NCBI GenBank assembly: GCA_002269645.1
Contig: NIVC01002186.1
Coordinates: 1 to 64,000 of the forward strand
Direction of reading: 5' to 3'
DNA from: Macrostomum lignano
Taxonomy: Eukaryota
Length of the DNA stretch: 64,000 bases
The position numbers and the translations under genes are program-made. Below the pieces are notes generated by a model. That model did not search any database, had not been told where the DNA came from, and saw only the letters and a list, made by a program, of their open reading frames with translations. How positions within the stretch are numbered: the first letter of the stretch is position 1; each line of letters begins with the position of its first letter. Shown here piece by piece: positions 38,086 to 51,344 of the stretch.

Positions 38086-38318
38086 AACCGTCACCAATCC
38101 TCCTTTCACCAATCCTCCCGTTACCAATCCCCCAGTCACCAATCCAGCCGTCACCAATCCAGTCGTCACCAATCCTCCCGTCACCAATCCAACCGTCACC
38201 AATCCAGTCGTCACCAATCCAGCCGTCACCAATCCAGTCGTCACCAATCCAGTCGTCACCAATCCTCCCGTCACCAATCCAACCGTCACCAATCCAGTCG
38301 TCACCAATCCAGCCGTCA
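38086..38318. repeat. 15-bp minisatellite ending ~16 bp before the exon-5 acceptor
   Basis: Unit GTCACCAATCC plus AGTC/AGCC/TCCC/AACC. Confidence 0.95.
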
Positions 38319-38334
38319 ATAACCTGTCCCGCAG

Positions 38335-38706
38335 GTGGTACTACTCGGAAAGTTCGAGCACCCTGCCCTACCGCCTGGCCGACCGTCTAGCCGGGCAGTT
38401 CCTGCTGCACCGCGAGGGCGCGCAGCTGGAGATTCGCCTGACCGGCGCCGACTGGCGGCGCGCGTTCGGCCTCTACCGGTGTGACGCGCCGGTGCCGGGA
38501 GGTCGCGGGTTCGTTCACTCCCGACTAGCCGCCCTGACGCCGGCGCCGAAGAATCGACCTCGTCCGCCGCTCTGGTTCGAAGCCGCGCCGCCGGCTCGCG
38601 TGTCCGGCCGTGTCGGCGAGCCGCTGACGCTGGTGTGCGCCGCGAACGGCGCCGCTGGCTCAGCGCAGATCGACTGGCTGCGGGGCAGCGCCGCCCTGAG
38701 GACCAG
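38335..38706 (+). CDS. DCC: DCC-family exon 5 (Ig2 C-half and Ig3 N-half)
   Basis: cccgcag|G TGG TAC...; EWYY...FGLYRC...PLWFEAAPP...[12 protein letters not shown]...IDWLRG; AG|gtgaga; 372 nt, phase 2 to 2. Confidence 0.9.
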
Positions 38707-38715
38707 GTGAGAGTC

Positions 38716-39310
38716 CGACTCTCAATATCCCATCGACTCTCAATATCCCATCGACTCTCAATATCCCATCGACTCAATATCCCATCGACTTAATATCCCA
38801 TCGACTCTCAATATCCCATCGACTCTCAATATCCCTTCGACCCTCAATATCCCATCGACTCTCAATATCCCATCGACTCTCAATATCCCATCGACTCTCA
38901 ATATCCTATCGACTCTCAATATCCCATCGACTCTCAATATCCCATCGACTCTCAATATCCCATCGACTCAATATCCCATCGGCTCTCAATATCCCATCGG
39001 CTCTCAATATCCCATCGACTCTCAATATCCCATCGACTCTCGATATCCCATCGACTCAATATCCCATCGACTCGATTTCCCAATCTCAATATCCCATCGA
39101 CTCTCAATATCCCATCGACTCTCAATATCCCATTGATTCTCAATATCCCATCGAGTCAATATCCCATCGACTCTCAATATCCCATCGACTCTCAATATCC
39201 CATCGACTCTCAATATCCCATCGACTCTCAATATCCCATCGATTCTCAATATCCCATCGACTCAATATCCCATCGACTCGATTTCCCAATCTCAATATCC
39301 CATTGACTTA
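38716..39310. repeat. 18/16-bp minisatellite starting ~9 bp after the exon-5 donor
   Basis: Unit GACT(CT)CAATATCCCATC. Confidence 0.96.
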
Positions 39311-39765
39311 ATGTCTCTCAGATATGATACTCGTCAGACACAATACCACTCAGACACAATACCCCTCAGACGCAATACCCCTCAGACACAATACCCCTCA
39401 GACACAATACCCCTCAGACTCAATACCCCGCAGACACAATACCCCTCAGACACAATACCCCTCAGACACAATACCTCTCAGACACACTACCCCTCAAACA
39501 CAATACCCCTAAGACACAATACCCCTCAGACACAATACCCCTCAGATACAATACCTCTCAGACACAATACCCCTCAGACACAATACCCTTCAGACACAAT
39601 ACCCCTCAGACAAAATATCCCTCAGACACAATACCCCTCAGACACAATACCCCTCAGACACAATACCTCTCAGACACAATACCCCTCAGACACAATACCC
39701 CTCAGACACAATATCCCTCAGACACAATACCCCTCAGACACAATACCCCTCAGACACAGTACGTA
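39311..39765. repeat. 16-bp minisatellite abutting the previous array
   Basis: Unit CAGACACAATACCCCT. Confidence 0.95.
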
Positions 39766-40250
39766 CCTCAGCTCGGTTTCCACGCCAAACACACTGCTAA
39801 ATGAAACGTACAGCATGCTTCCGGAAATCTCCGAGCCTTCTGGCAGACTGTGCAAAATGTAATGCACTTTTTTATCGCGTCGAATATGAGCCAAGAAGAG
39901 AACAGCTAAGAGCCCAGTTTAGCACACATTTAGTCAGCAGCCATGAAGATATTAAACCACACCAATTCATCTGTTAGGCTTTGCCTGTTTCAGACCCACA
40001 CAGCTATCGCGCATTTTGTTCTGTTTGCCGACAGACTAAACAGTATGTGTGCGATAGAGAGGAACGGTGAAGAGAGTTTCATATTGCAAAAAAATGCAGC
40101 ATGCAGACGATGTCCGAACAGAAGCCACTCAATGATCATGTTTGCAGTGAGCCTGGCTGATTTTAGACTTACAGCTCAAAGCTCGCGATAAAAACAGTCT
40201 GTTATTATCTTTTTCTAGATTGAGTTTGTCTCTGTTTTAAAGGAAATGAC

Positions 40251-40509
40251 AATAATAATAATAATGGCCAGATGTGCAACCGACAGCTCAGCCGCAGCTA
40301 TTGCGGGGTGCATCTGAAGGCTGCGTACGGCTGTTCAGTCCAAGGACTGGGGGGGGGGCGCCACACACACCCTCAATTACCCCAGCCAATGCTGGCACCC
40401 ATTTTAAAGTGTCTTGCTCAAGGACACAAATTGTTTTAAGTGGGTCGAGAATCGAACTCCCGACCTTTCAGTAGTGAGTCCGACGCTCTAACCGCTAGGC
40501 TAGAACCCC
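40251..40509 (-). mobile_element. tRNA-derived CORE-SINE with partial CORE deletion, in DCC intron 5
   Basis: Reverse complement matches the family head, GTGTCCTTGAGCAAGACACT, the body and (ATT)n tail; about 30 nt of CORE missing. Confidence 0.88.
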
Positions 40510-41232
40510 TGGAATAGCTGAGAGACAGAGGGAGAAATCTAAAAGCCCCTGGAGTAACTGTACACTCACTGTTCACCCTGTGTGAGAGTTATTTTCAGTC
40601 CCGTGAGCGTCGAAGAGCCAACCCAGTCCGGAAGCACTTATCCGCGCAGCAATCAGGCAAGCTCTGCTCTCTTCTAGAAGAAGTAGGCTATAGACAGGAA
40701 ATAGAATTCGAAAGGAATGGCAGCAACGCGAAAGCATTTGTTTGCTCACAAAAGCAAATATTACTGCAATCCATATATAGCTCGTGTATATGAATTAGCT
40801 TGTCTCTGAGCTGCGATTCCTGAAGTGGCCGTCTGGAGGAAGCGCAGGTGTGAAAAAACAAGCGAGAGAGGTGAACTGGCATCCGCAGCTGACTCAGAGC
40901 TCTTTGAAGAGTCGTTAATTGAAGAAGAAGAAAAATTAGCCCCACGGTGGCATAATAAACGACTTTTCCAGGTGCCACGAAGTTGCGGGGGAGGAAGCAA
41001 TCGGTGACTCACACACCGGAAACTGGAGCGCTGCTGTCTGCCTGCTTAGCTTATAATAAGCGCTGTGCTATCGCGGATCTCCTTGGGGACAGGCTGGCCG
41101 AGAGGGCTGGGTTGGAGAGATGGCGAGCTGCTGATATGGAGGTCAACTGGGGGCTTTAGAGCTTAACTGACAGTTGCTAAGACCAGCTGATGCGGAAATG
41201 ATGTATGAATGGAAGATTTGTAGGATTGTGAG

Positions 41233-42030
41233 TGTGAGATGTGTGAGATTCTGAGTGTGAGATTCTGAGTGTGAGATTCTGAGTGTGCGATTCTGAGTGT
41301 GCGATTCTGAGTGTGCGATTCTGAGTGTGAGATTCTGAGTGTGCGATTCTGAATGTGAGATTCTGAGTGTGCGATTCTGAGTGTGCGATTCTGAGTGTGA
41401 GATTCTGAGTGTGAGATTCTGAGTGTGCGATTCTGAGTGTGAGATTCTGAGTGTGCGATTCTGAATGTGAGATTCTGAGTGTGCGATTCTGAGTGTGAGA
41501 TTCTGAGTGTGCGATTCTGAATGTGAGATTCTGAGTGTGCGATTCTGAGTGTGCGATTCTGAGTGTGAGATTCTGAGTGTGCGATTCTGAATGTGAGATT
41601 CTGAGTGTGCGATTCTGAGTGTGCGATTCTGAGTGTGAGATTCTGAGTGTGAGATTCTGAATGTGAGATTCTGAGTGTGCGATTCTGAGTGTGAGATTCT
41701 GAGTGTGCGATTCTGAGTGTGAGATTCTGAGTGTGCGATTCTGAGTGTGAGATTCTGAGTGTGAGATTCTGAATAGGAGATTTTGGATGTCAGATTTTGA
41801 ATGTCAGATTCTGAATGTGAGATTCTGAGTGTGAGATTCTGAATGTGAGATTCTGAGTGTGAGATTCTGAGTGTGAGATTCTGAATGTGAGACTTGTGAG
41901 ATTCTGGATGTGAGACTTGTGAGATTCTGAATGTGAGACTTGTGAGATTCTGAATGTGAGACTTGTGAGATTCTGAATGTGAGACTTGTGAGATTCTGGA
42001 TGCGAGACTTGTGAGATTCTTAATGTGTGA
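41233..42030. repeat. 14-bp minisatellite
   Basis: Unit G(A/C)GATTCTGAGTGT. Confidence 0.96.
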
Positions 42031-42454
42031 GACGTACCATTCTGAATGTTTCCATGCCTCTAACTGAAACGATAACAGGCTCTTTTCCAGATTCTAGGCC
42101 CAGAATTCCTTGATTGAATGTCGGCTTTAGTTTCGCAATTTGGAAATCGCGATTTTCCAAATGTCACAATAAACATCCACTTTCACTTGGTCCAAGGGTC
42201 CCGTTGGCTAACATCTGGACTGGTAATGTGAGCCACCAACAGCAGATGTTTTCATCAGAGAAAAAGCAAACAAAAATTATGCCTTGAATAGTTTTCAAGC
42301 TTTGAAAATTTCGGGCCAAACTATTGAAATTAGTTGAATCGTATTTTATAAAGTAAACGCAATCTGATTTCAAGGAAAGCTCGATAATCGACAGTGTGGA
42401 TCTCAAGGTAGCCTCAAACAGACCTGAAGTCTGAATGAAATCTTAGAGAAATCA

Positions 42455-43085
42455 CAGGAAAAATCTTGGGAATCCCAGGAAAACCTTAAGGATCTGCAGA
42501 AAAGTTTTGGGGGGTTCCAGGAAAATTTTGGTGAATACCAGGAAAACCTTGGGGAATCCCAGTAAAACCATAGAGAATCCCATGAAAACCTTGGGGAATT
42601 CCAGAAAAACCTTGGAGAATCCCATGAAAACCTTGGGGAATTCCAGAAAAACCTTGGAGAATCCCACGAAAACCTTGGGGAATCCCAGGAAAACCTTGGG
42701 GAATCCCAGTAAAGCCATAGAGAATCCCATGAAAACCTTGGGAAATCCCAGAAAACCTTGGAGAATCCCATGAAAACCTTGGGGAATCCCATGAAAACCT
42801 TGGGGAATCCCATGAAAACCTTGGAGAATCGAAGTAAAACCTTAGGGAATCCAGGAAAAACTCGGGGAATCCCAGTAAAACCTTGGGGAATCCCAGGAAA
42901 GCCTCGAAGAATCTAAGGAAAGTTTTGCGGAATCCCAGGAAAATCTTGAGAAATTCCAGGATAATCTGGGGAAATCCCAGGAAGTCCCGGTAAATTTCGG
43001 GCAGGAATTCCAGGAAATTTCAGGGTATCCTTGGAAATCCCGGGAAATTTCAGGAAAGCTTGGAAAAGTCTCGGAGAATTCCGAA
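42455..43085. repeat. Degenerate ~21-bp minisatellite upstream of exon 6
   Basis: Unit GAAAACCTTGGGGAATCCCA(T/G). Confidence 0.88.
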
Positions 43086-43133
43086 AGAAATTCCCCATCT
43101 TAATCCAGTTCCCCAAATTCTACCCTTCACCAG

Positions 43134-43375
43134 CGAGCGAGTGCTCCAGGTGGGCCAGGGCTCGCTGCACTTTGCCTCGCTGCAGGCCTCGGACTCGGGC
43201 GGCTACGTTTGCCGGGCCAGGGGCAGCGAGTCCCGAGAGATCTACACCCAGACGGAGCTGGCAGTTCTATCACCGCCGCGGTTCCTCGACGCGCCCGACG
43301 GCGACGTTCCGCTGCCAAGCGGCGCAGTGACGGCCTTCGTTGGCGGAGCGGCCACGCTTCGCTGCGACGCGACGG
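43134..43375 (+). CDS. DCC: DCC-family exon 6 (Ig3 C-half and Ig4 N-half)
   Basis: cttcaccag|C GAG...; GQGSLHFASLQASDSGGYVCRA...ELAVLSPPRFL...TLRCDAT G|gtgagc; phase 2 to 1. Confidence 0.92.
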
Positions 43376-43386
43376 GTGAGCGGCGG

Positions 43387-44330
43387 TCTTGTCACTCTCT
43401 TGGGGTGTGCTTCTTGTCACTCTCTTGGGGTGTGCTTCTTGTCACTCTCTTGGGGTGTGCTTCTTGTCACTCTCTTGGGGTGTGCTTCTTGTCACTCTCT
43501 TGGGGTGTGCTTCTTGTCACTCTCTTGGGGTGTGCTTCTTGTCACTCTCTTGGGGTGTGCTTCTTGTCACTCTCTTGGGGTGTGCTTCTTTTCACTCTTT
43601 TGTGTGCTTCTTGTCACTCTCTTGGAGTGTGCTTCTTGTCACTCTCTTGGGGTGTGCTTCTTGTCACTCTCTTGGAGTGTGCTTCTTGTCACTCTCTTGG
43701 GGTGTGCTTCTTGTCACTCTCTTGGAGTGTGCTTCTTGTCACTCTCTTGGGGTGTGCTTCTTGTCACTCTCTTGGGGTGTGCTTCTTGTCACTCTCTTGG
43801 GGTGTGCTTCTTGTCACTCTCTTGGGGTGTGCTTCTTGTCACTCTCTTAGGGTGTGCTTCTTGTCACTCTCTTGGGGTGTGCTTCTTGTCACTCTCTTGG
43901 GGTGTGCTTCTTGTCACTCTCTTGGGTGTGCTTCTTTTCACTCTTTTGTGTGCTTCTTGTCACTCTCTTGGAGTGTGCTTCTTGTCACTCTCTTGGGGTG
44001 TGCTTCTTGTCACTCTCTTGGAGTGTGCTTCTTGTCACTCTCTTGGGGTGTGCTTCTTGTCACTCTCTTGGAGTGTGCTTCTTGTCACTCTCTTGGGGTG
44101 TGCTTCTTGTCACTCTCTTGGGGTGTGCTTCTTGTCACTCTCTTGGGGTGTGCTTCTTGTCACTCTCTTGGGGTGTGCTTCTTGTCACTCTCTTGGGGTG
44201 TGCTTCTTGTCACTCTCGCGTGTTTCTTCTCACTCTCGCGTGTTTCTTATCAATCTCATGCGTTTCTTGTCACCCCTGCGTGTTTCTTGTTACTCTTATT
44301 TGTTTCTTGTCATTCTCGCGTGTTTCTTGT
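43387..44330. repeat. 25-bp minisatellite starting ~11 bp after the exon-6 donor
   Basis: Unit CTTGTCACTCTCTTGGGGTGTGCTT. Confidence 0.97.
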
Positions 44331-45174
44331 CATTCTCGTTTGGTTCTTCTTACTTGCCATTCTTTTTTAACCTTGTTACTCTGTTATGTTTCTTTTCTCT
44401 TTTTTCCGCGTGTTTCTTGACCTATTTTCTTATCCAATTGTTAATTTAAAAAGAACTCAGACGATCTAGCAAGTGGATTATTGTCTGATTTAGTCCAGCT
44501 AATCTAGATGTGCTTGATACTCAGTTCTCACCTCAGTGAAACTGGGCAATAGCCTTTCTCATTAGTCAGGGTCCGAGAGCTGGCGTGCACTTGTGTAAGA
44601 GCAGGGGTAGAGGCTGGAGGTCGCGCAGCTTCCCACTGTTATTATACACCGAATGAGCAGCGGCAGAAGCAGCAGACGGGTAAACACCCATATTGAGGCC
44701 AGGCAGTGCTAGGGGGGGGGGGCAGGGGTCATCTGAACTGCTTCCCAATTCCTTGTGTGCTGCCCGAGCCGCTGCTTGCTTTGCTCAAGATTATGATTAT
44801 TAATAACAGTAACCGGATCGACTGTGGATAGAGGAACTCTACTAGGAGAGGAAAAACGAATTGGGATAGCGGAATAGGGGGGGGGGGGGCAGGGAATTCG
44901 TGACTACTCGCTTAGCTCACCGCCTTCTCCACTCGACTAAGAAATGGATTTCATTAATGCTATTTGAGATTATTTTATTTGGGATTTCGGCTATTTCTTT
45001 TCACAGAATAGGGAAATTCTGTGGGGATTAGAGGGTAAAGGGGAGTTTGACCTGCAAATTGGCGAGCCCATGGCCACCAGCATTTACGCCAAGAGTTCTT
45101 AGCGAAACAGTAGATTGTGTTGACCTCTCTGGCATTGCCAAGGAAGGAATTTAGACCAACAGCTAAATAATCCA

Positions 45175-45810
45175 AAGGGGAATTGTGGGATTAGCAATCG
45201 AGAGGGGGAATTGCGGGATGAAAAATCATGAGAGGGGAATTGCGGAATTAACAATTGAGGGGAATTGCGGAATGAACAATCGAGAGGGGGGAATTGCGGA
45301 ATGAACAATCGAGACGCGGGGAATTGCGGATTTAACAATAGAGGGGAATTGCGGAATTGCGGATTTAACAATAGAGGGGAATTGCGGAATTGCGGAATTA
45401 ACAATTGAGGGGAATTGCGGAATGAACAATCGAGAGGGGGAATTGCGGAATGAACAATCGAGAGGGGGAATTGCGGAATGAACAATCGAGAGGGGGGAAT
45501 TGCGGAATGAACAATCATGAGAGGGGAATTGCGGAATGAACAATCGAGACGCGGGGAATTGCGGAATGAACAATCGAGATGGGGGAATTGCGGAATGAAC
45601 AATCATGAGAGGGGAATTGCGGAATGAACAATCGAGACGCGGGGAATTGCGGAATGAACAATCGAGAGGGGGGAATTGCTGAATGAACAATCGAGACGCG
45701 GGGAATTGCGGAATGAAAAATCATGAGAGGGGAATTGCGGATTTAACAATTGAGGGGAATTGCAGAATGAACAATCGAGGGGAATTGCGGAATGAACAAT
45801 CGAGAGGGGG
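45175..45810. repeat. ~25-28-bp minisatellite upstream of exon 7
   Basis: Unit GGGGAATTGCGGAATGAACAATCGAGA with variable G run. Confidence 0.94.
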
Positions 45811-45872
45811 ATTGTGTAGTATCGAACTAAATAATCCAGAGAGATCCGGAGTCGCTCACAACATCCTTTCAG

Positions 45873-46079
45873 GCAACCCTCAGCCGTCCATCGACTGGGT
45901 GAAGGACGGCCAGCCGCTGTCCCAGAAGCCGCCGTTCGTTCGCCAACTCGGCCAGGAGCTTCGGCTTCGCGGTCTGGTGGCCGGGGACTCCGGCCTGTAC
46001 CAGTGCCTGGCTGGCAGCCCGGCTGGCAGTGCGCAGCGGCTCACGCAGCTCATTGTGCTGGCTGCCAGCGCCGCCTCAG
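45873..46079 (+). CDS. DCC: DCC-family exon 7 (Ig4 C-half)
   Basis: cctttcag|GC AAC CCT...; GNPQPSIDWVKDG...LRLRGLVAGDSGLYQCLAGSPAGSAQRLTQLIV resembles DCC Ig4 [33 protein letters not shown]; gtgagt donor. Confidence 0.93.
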
Positions 46080-46723
46080 GTGAGTGTTTTTTGAAGGCCG
46101 ATTTTTTCTGTAACTAGATAGATTCTGACGGGTATTGCTGACTGAGTTTAGAATTATTTTAGGATTCTGGCGGTCGGAAACCCCTTTTGATTTCTGATAG
46201 CTTTACTCGCTCTGGAGGTGAACGCCAACATGCAAGCTCGCAAAGAATGTCTAGACGCACAGCAAGGTGCTAAAATTTGCACCGAAAATGTTTGCAACCA
46301 GACCGCTTGGCTAAACTAAACTAGGACCTGTCCTTACCTACCCGTTAGTTCAAGCTGAAAAATTTGCAGAAGAAAGTGCGCAGATGATCCAGAGCTGCAT
46401 CAAGTGCGCACTTGTTCTGGTTTGTAGAGGGGAGGCCTAAAAACTAAATTAACTAGAATAGGAACCAAGGGAATGGCCGATAAGTTTTGGCCGACCTATT
46501 TCTGTCCAGGCAATGGGGAATAGACTACCTCTGGGGATTGGGACTTGGGCGATGCTTTTCTACGAGTATATATTAGTCTAATTGTGTGAAATGAAATGAA
46601 ACACTCGCCAGCCTCTTCGGAACTGCGCATCTCCATGTCAGCTCTTTCTGCGTCTTTCGCCTTGCCTGTGTTCTGGAATATGGACTTTTGTGCTGGTTTT
46701 CCTTGTTTTAATCTGTGCCCCAC

Positions 46724-47385
46724 TCGCTACCCTCCCCCTACCCTTTCCCTTACCCTCTCCACTACCCTTTCCGCTACCCTCTCCGCTACCCTTTCCGCTA
46801 CCCTCTCCGCTACCCTCTCTGCTACCCGCTACCCTCTCCGTTACCCTCTCCACTACCCTCTCCACTACCCTCTCCGCTACCCTTTTCGCTACTCTCTCCA
46901 CTACCCTCTCCGCTACCCTCTCCGCTACCCTCTCCGCTACCCTCTCTGTTACCCGCTACCCTCTCCGCTACCCTCTCCGTTACCCTCTCCACTACCCTCT
47001 CCACTACCCTCTCCGCTACCCTTTTCGCTACTCTCTCCACTACCCTCTCCGCTACCCTCTCCGCTACCCTCTCCGCTACCCTCTCTGCTACCCGCTACCC
47101 TCTCCGTTACCCTCTCCACTACCCTCTCCGCTACCCTCTCCGTTACCCTCTCCACTACCCTCTCCACTACCCTCTCCGCTACCCTTTTCGCTACTCTCTC
47201 CACTACCCTCTCCGCTACCCTCTCCGCTACCCTCTCCGCTACCCTCTCTGCTACCCGCTACCCTCTCCGTTACCCTCTCCACTACCCTCTCCGCTACCCT
47301 CTCCGTTACCCTCTCCACTACCCTCTCCGCTACCCTTTTCGCTACCCTCTCCGCTACCCTCTCCACTGCCCTCTCCGCTATCTGC
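46724..47385. repeat. 12-bp minisatellite
   Basis: Unit CTACCCTCTCC(G/A). Confidence 0.96.
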
Positions 47386-48044
47386 TCCGCTGCGGTCTCG
47401 CCACTCTCTTTTTGATTTGAATAAATTTAACCGCAATAAATCATTGCGCTAAAATTTAAACCAACGCCATTCGTTGCGCACTCATTGAGTTAATGACTCG
47501 CAAAAGTTTGAGTTGACCATTCCCAGACAACTTGTTAGCCAAGCAATTGCAACAAATGGCATTTAGTGAAAAAAGTGTTTTTTGTTTAAATAGAAGTCTG
47601 GGTCAGTTTCAGTCTGGGGGGCTACAGTTTGCGGCTATTTAGAGGACTAAGCGGTCTGACCGTTCAAAATATCTGGCGTGAGTCATTGGCCATAATCCTT
47701 CGTGTGGGGTAGGGGCCATGGTCTGGTCAAAACAATTTGCATACAATTATGTACCAAGCCTAAAGCTGCGAGTCAAAAGGCGAGTCAGCTGCTGTACTAG
47801 CAGCACTAAGTCCGCTGCAGAATTACTGCTCTAAGCCTCAGCTCTGCTCCGCTACCCGCCACTTCTAGGCTAGAAATCCACCATTCGACTGAGTCACTCC
47901 AGCGATACAATCCCTGAGCACAACGCGCCAGTTTAAAATCTTAGTAAACTCAAATCACTTTCTTTGGGGTGGGTTTGGGGGTATTAGGGAAGCGATTTTA
48001 CAATGTTGCGTCATTAAAGGCTGGTCTGATAGAAGCTCTTTGAC

Positions 48045-49265
48045 TGTGTCTGAGGCCGCTTTGGGAATGTGTCTGAGGCCGCTTTGGGAATGTGTCTGAG
48101 GCCGCTTTGGGAATGTGTCTGAGGCCGCTTTGGGAATGTGTCTCAGGCCGCTTTGGGAATGTGTCTGAGGCCGCTTTGGGAATGTGTCTGAGCCCGCTTT
48201 GGGAATGTGTCTGAGGCCGCTTTGGGAATGTGTCTGAGGCCGCTTTGGGAATGTGTCTGAGGCCGCTTTGGGAATGTGTCTGAGTCCACTTAGGGAATGT
48301 GTCTCAGGCCGCTTTGGGAATGTGTCTCAGGCCGCTTTGGGAATGTGTCTGAGGCCGCTTTGGGAATGTGTCTGAGGCCGCTTTGGGTATGTGTCTGAGG
48401 CCGCTTTGGGTATGTGTCTGAGTCCACTTTGGGAATGTGTCTGAGGCCGCTTTGGGTATGTGTCTGAGTCCACTTTGGGAATGTGTCTGAGGCCGCTTTG
48501 GGTATGTGTCTGAGGCCGCTTTGGGAATGTGTCTGAGGCCGCTTTGGGAATGTGTCTGAGGCCGCTTTGGGTATGTGTCTGAGGCCGCTTTGGGTATGTG
48601 TCTGAGGCCGCTTTGGGAATGTGTCTGAGGCCGCTTTGGGAATGTGTCTGAGGCCGCTTTGGGAATGTGTCTGAGGCCGCTTTGGGAATGTGTCTGAGGC
48701 CGCTTTGGGTATGTGTCTGAGGCCGCTTTGGGTATGTGTCTGAGTCCACTTTGGGAATGTGTCTGAGGCCGCTTTGGGTATGTGTCTGAGTCCACTTTGG
48801 GAATGTGTCTGAGGCCGCTTTGGGTATGTGTCTGAGGCCGCTTTGGGTATGTGTCTGAGTCCACTTTGGGAATGTGTCTGAGGCCGCTTTGGGAATGTGT
48901 CTGAGGCCGCTTTGGGAATGTGTCTGAGGCCGCTTTGGGAATGTGTCTGAGGCCGCTTTGGGAATGTGTCTGAGGCCGCTTTGGGAATGTGTCTGAGGCC
49001 GCTTTGGGAATGTGTCTGAGGCCGCTTTGGGAATGTGTCTGAGGCCGCTTTGGGTATGTGTCTGAGGCCGCTTTGGGTATGTGTCTGAGTCCACTTTGGG
49101 AATGTGTCTGAGGCCGCTTTGGGAATGTGTCTGAGGCCGCTTTGGGAATGTGTCTGAGGCCGCTTTGGGAATGTGTCTGAGGCCGCTTTGGGAATGTGTC
49201 TGAGGCCGCTTTGGGAATGTGTCTGAGGCCGCTTTGGGAATGTGTCTGAGGCCGCTTTGGGAATG
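48045..49265. repeat. 23-bp minisatellite, ~53 copies
   Basis: Unit TGTGTCTGAGGCCGCTTTGGGAA. Confidence 0.98.
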
Positions 49266-49904
49266 CTTCAAAAGCCGATAAGAACTTGGAAGCTACGTGT
49301 GTGTGACCTAGTTCTTATTTTATTATTTCATTATTAAAACGCACAACATGCCTACTTACAGTAGCAAGCCGAGAAAATAAAAAAAAATTAAGTAGATGGA
49401 TATTATGTATTTAGGGCTATTATTGAAAAAGAACAGCAAACTTCTATTTGGTATTGCATTTAGCATCTAGAGTCTAACAATGCCATCAATCACAGGAGTC
49501 GCCTATTCAGTTTTATTTTATTAAAACTATTCACTAGCCAGAGTGGAGTATCCATGGCGGCATTAAGCTGATCATTAATTCATGCTGCCACCCAGGCAGT
49601 GGGGAGCTATTAAGCTGGCTAAGAGCGGAGAGGTGTGAATAATGACCCACCCAAGGCCATTCTAGCTGATATGTTTTAGATTCTTTCCTTTGCTTAGTAA
49701 TTCACAGACGGCTGCACCACTACAGGACTGGAACTGCAATCCTATGCCATGCTTAGCTGCACAATATGGAAAGATGTGTTGCAAAGCTTATCCACCATCG
49801 GCATATAGCTCACACACCTGTACAAAAATGGCCCTTATGTATCTCGTCATCTGTTTCAGCCAAAATGCGGCCTTGGTCCTTGTCTTCGTTTCAATCAGCT
49901 TGTG

Positions 49905-51001
49905 TTTATAGCCCCTATCTCAGGCTCAGTCACAGTCAGAATGTGTCTATGGCCCCTATCTCAGGCTCAGTCACAGTCAGAATGTGTCTATGGCCCGTAT
50001 CTCAGGCTCAGTCACAGTCAGAATGTGTCTATGGCCCCTATCTCAGGCTCAGTCACAGTCAGAATGTGTCTATGGCCCGTATCTCAGGCTCAGTCACAGT
50101 CAGAATGTGTCTATGGCCCGTATCTCAGGCCCAGTCACAGTCAAAATGTGTCTATAGCCCCTATCTCAGGCTCAGTCACAGTCAGAATGTGTCTATGCCC
50201 CCTATCTCAGGCTCAGTCACAGTCAGAATGTGTCTATGGCCCGTATCTCAGGCCCAGTTACAGTCAGAATGTGTCTATGGCCCGTATCTCAGGCCCAGTT
50301 ACAGTCAGAATGTGTCTATGGCCCTATTTCAGGCTCAGTCACAGTCAGAATGTGTCTATGGTCCGTATCTCAGGCCCAGTTACAGTCAGAATGTGTCTAT
50401 GGCCCCTATCTCAGGCTCATGCACAGTCAGAATGTGTCTATGGCCCCTATCTCAGGCTCGTCACAGTCAGAATGTGTCTATGGCCCCTATCTCAGTCTCA
50501 GTCACAGTCAGAATGTGTCTATGGCCCCTATCTCAGGCCCAATTACAGTCAGAATGTGTCTATGGCCCGTATCTCAGGCCCAGTTACAGTCAGAATGTGT
50601 CTATGGCCCCTATCTCAGGCCCAGTTACAGTTAGAATGTGTCTATGGCCCCTATCTCAGGCTCAGTCACAGTCAGAATGTGTCTATGGCCCCTATCTCAG
50701 GCCCAATTACAGTCAGAATGTGTCTATGGCCCCTATCTCAGGCCCAGTTACAGTCAGAATGTGTCTATGGCCCCTATCTCAGGCCCAGTTACAGTTAGAA
50801 TGTGTCTATGGTCCGTATCTCAGGCTCAGTCACAGTCAGAATGTGTCTATGGCCCCTATCTCAGGCCCAATTACAGTCAGAATGTGTCTATGGCCCGTAT
50901 CTCAGGCCCAGTCACAGTCAGAATGTGTCTATGGCCCCTATCTCAGGCTCAGTCACAGTCAGAATGTGTCTATGGCCCCTATCTCAGGCTCAGTCACAGT
51001 C
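49905..51001. repeat. 41-bp minisatellite, ~27 copies, ending ~24 bp before the exon-8 acceptor
   Basis: Unit CAGTCAGAATGTGTCTATGGCCCCTATCTCAGGCTCAGTCA. Confidence 0.97.
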
Positions 51002-51025
51002 AAACTCTGTTTTTTTTCTCCGCAG

Positions 51026-51215
51026 AGTCGGCCATAGGCGGACAGCCGCCCAGACGGGGCGGTCTGTTCTCGCAGCCGGACAGTCCGACCAATCTGCGGT
51101 ATTACCAGCTGGGCACAGACTTCTGCCAGCTGGAGTGGCAGGCCCCGGCGGCGGCAGGCGGCGACAGAACTTGGAACAGCTTCTTTATTGAGCTGCTGCC
51201 TGAGGATTCGTCAAG
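51026..51215 (+). CDS. DCC: DCC-family exon 8 (linker and FN3-1 N-half)
   Basis: ttttttctccgcag|AG TCG...; PDSPTNLRYYQLGTDFCQLEWQAP (FN3 P..P.NL...L.W..P); AG|gtatag, phase 1 to 2. Confidence 0.88.
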
Positions 51216-51344
51216 GTATAGCCTTGCTGGAGGGTTGGTGGCCGCTTGATGGCAAGCTGGTTTAGTTGATATATTGTTGTATACTGTACATGGTTGATTG
51301 TTGTCCTAGATTGTTGTGGTGGATTTATGTGGTAGATTGTCATA

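Noticed and set aside
43060-44449. 436-aa ORF fusing Ig sequence to a Cys/Leu-rich membrane-like repeat
   Set aside because: Only 43134-43375 is exon; the rest is read-through of the donor into the 25-bp array.
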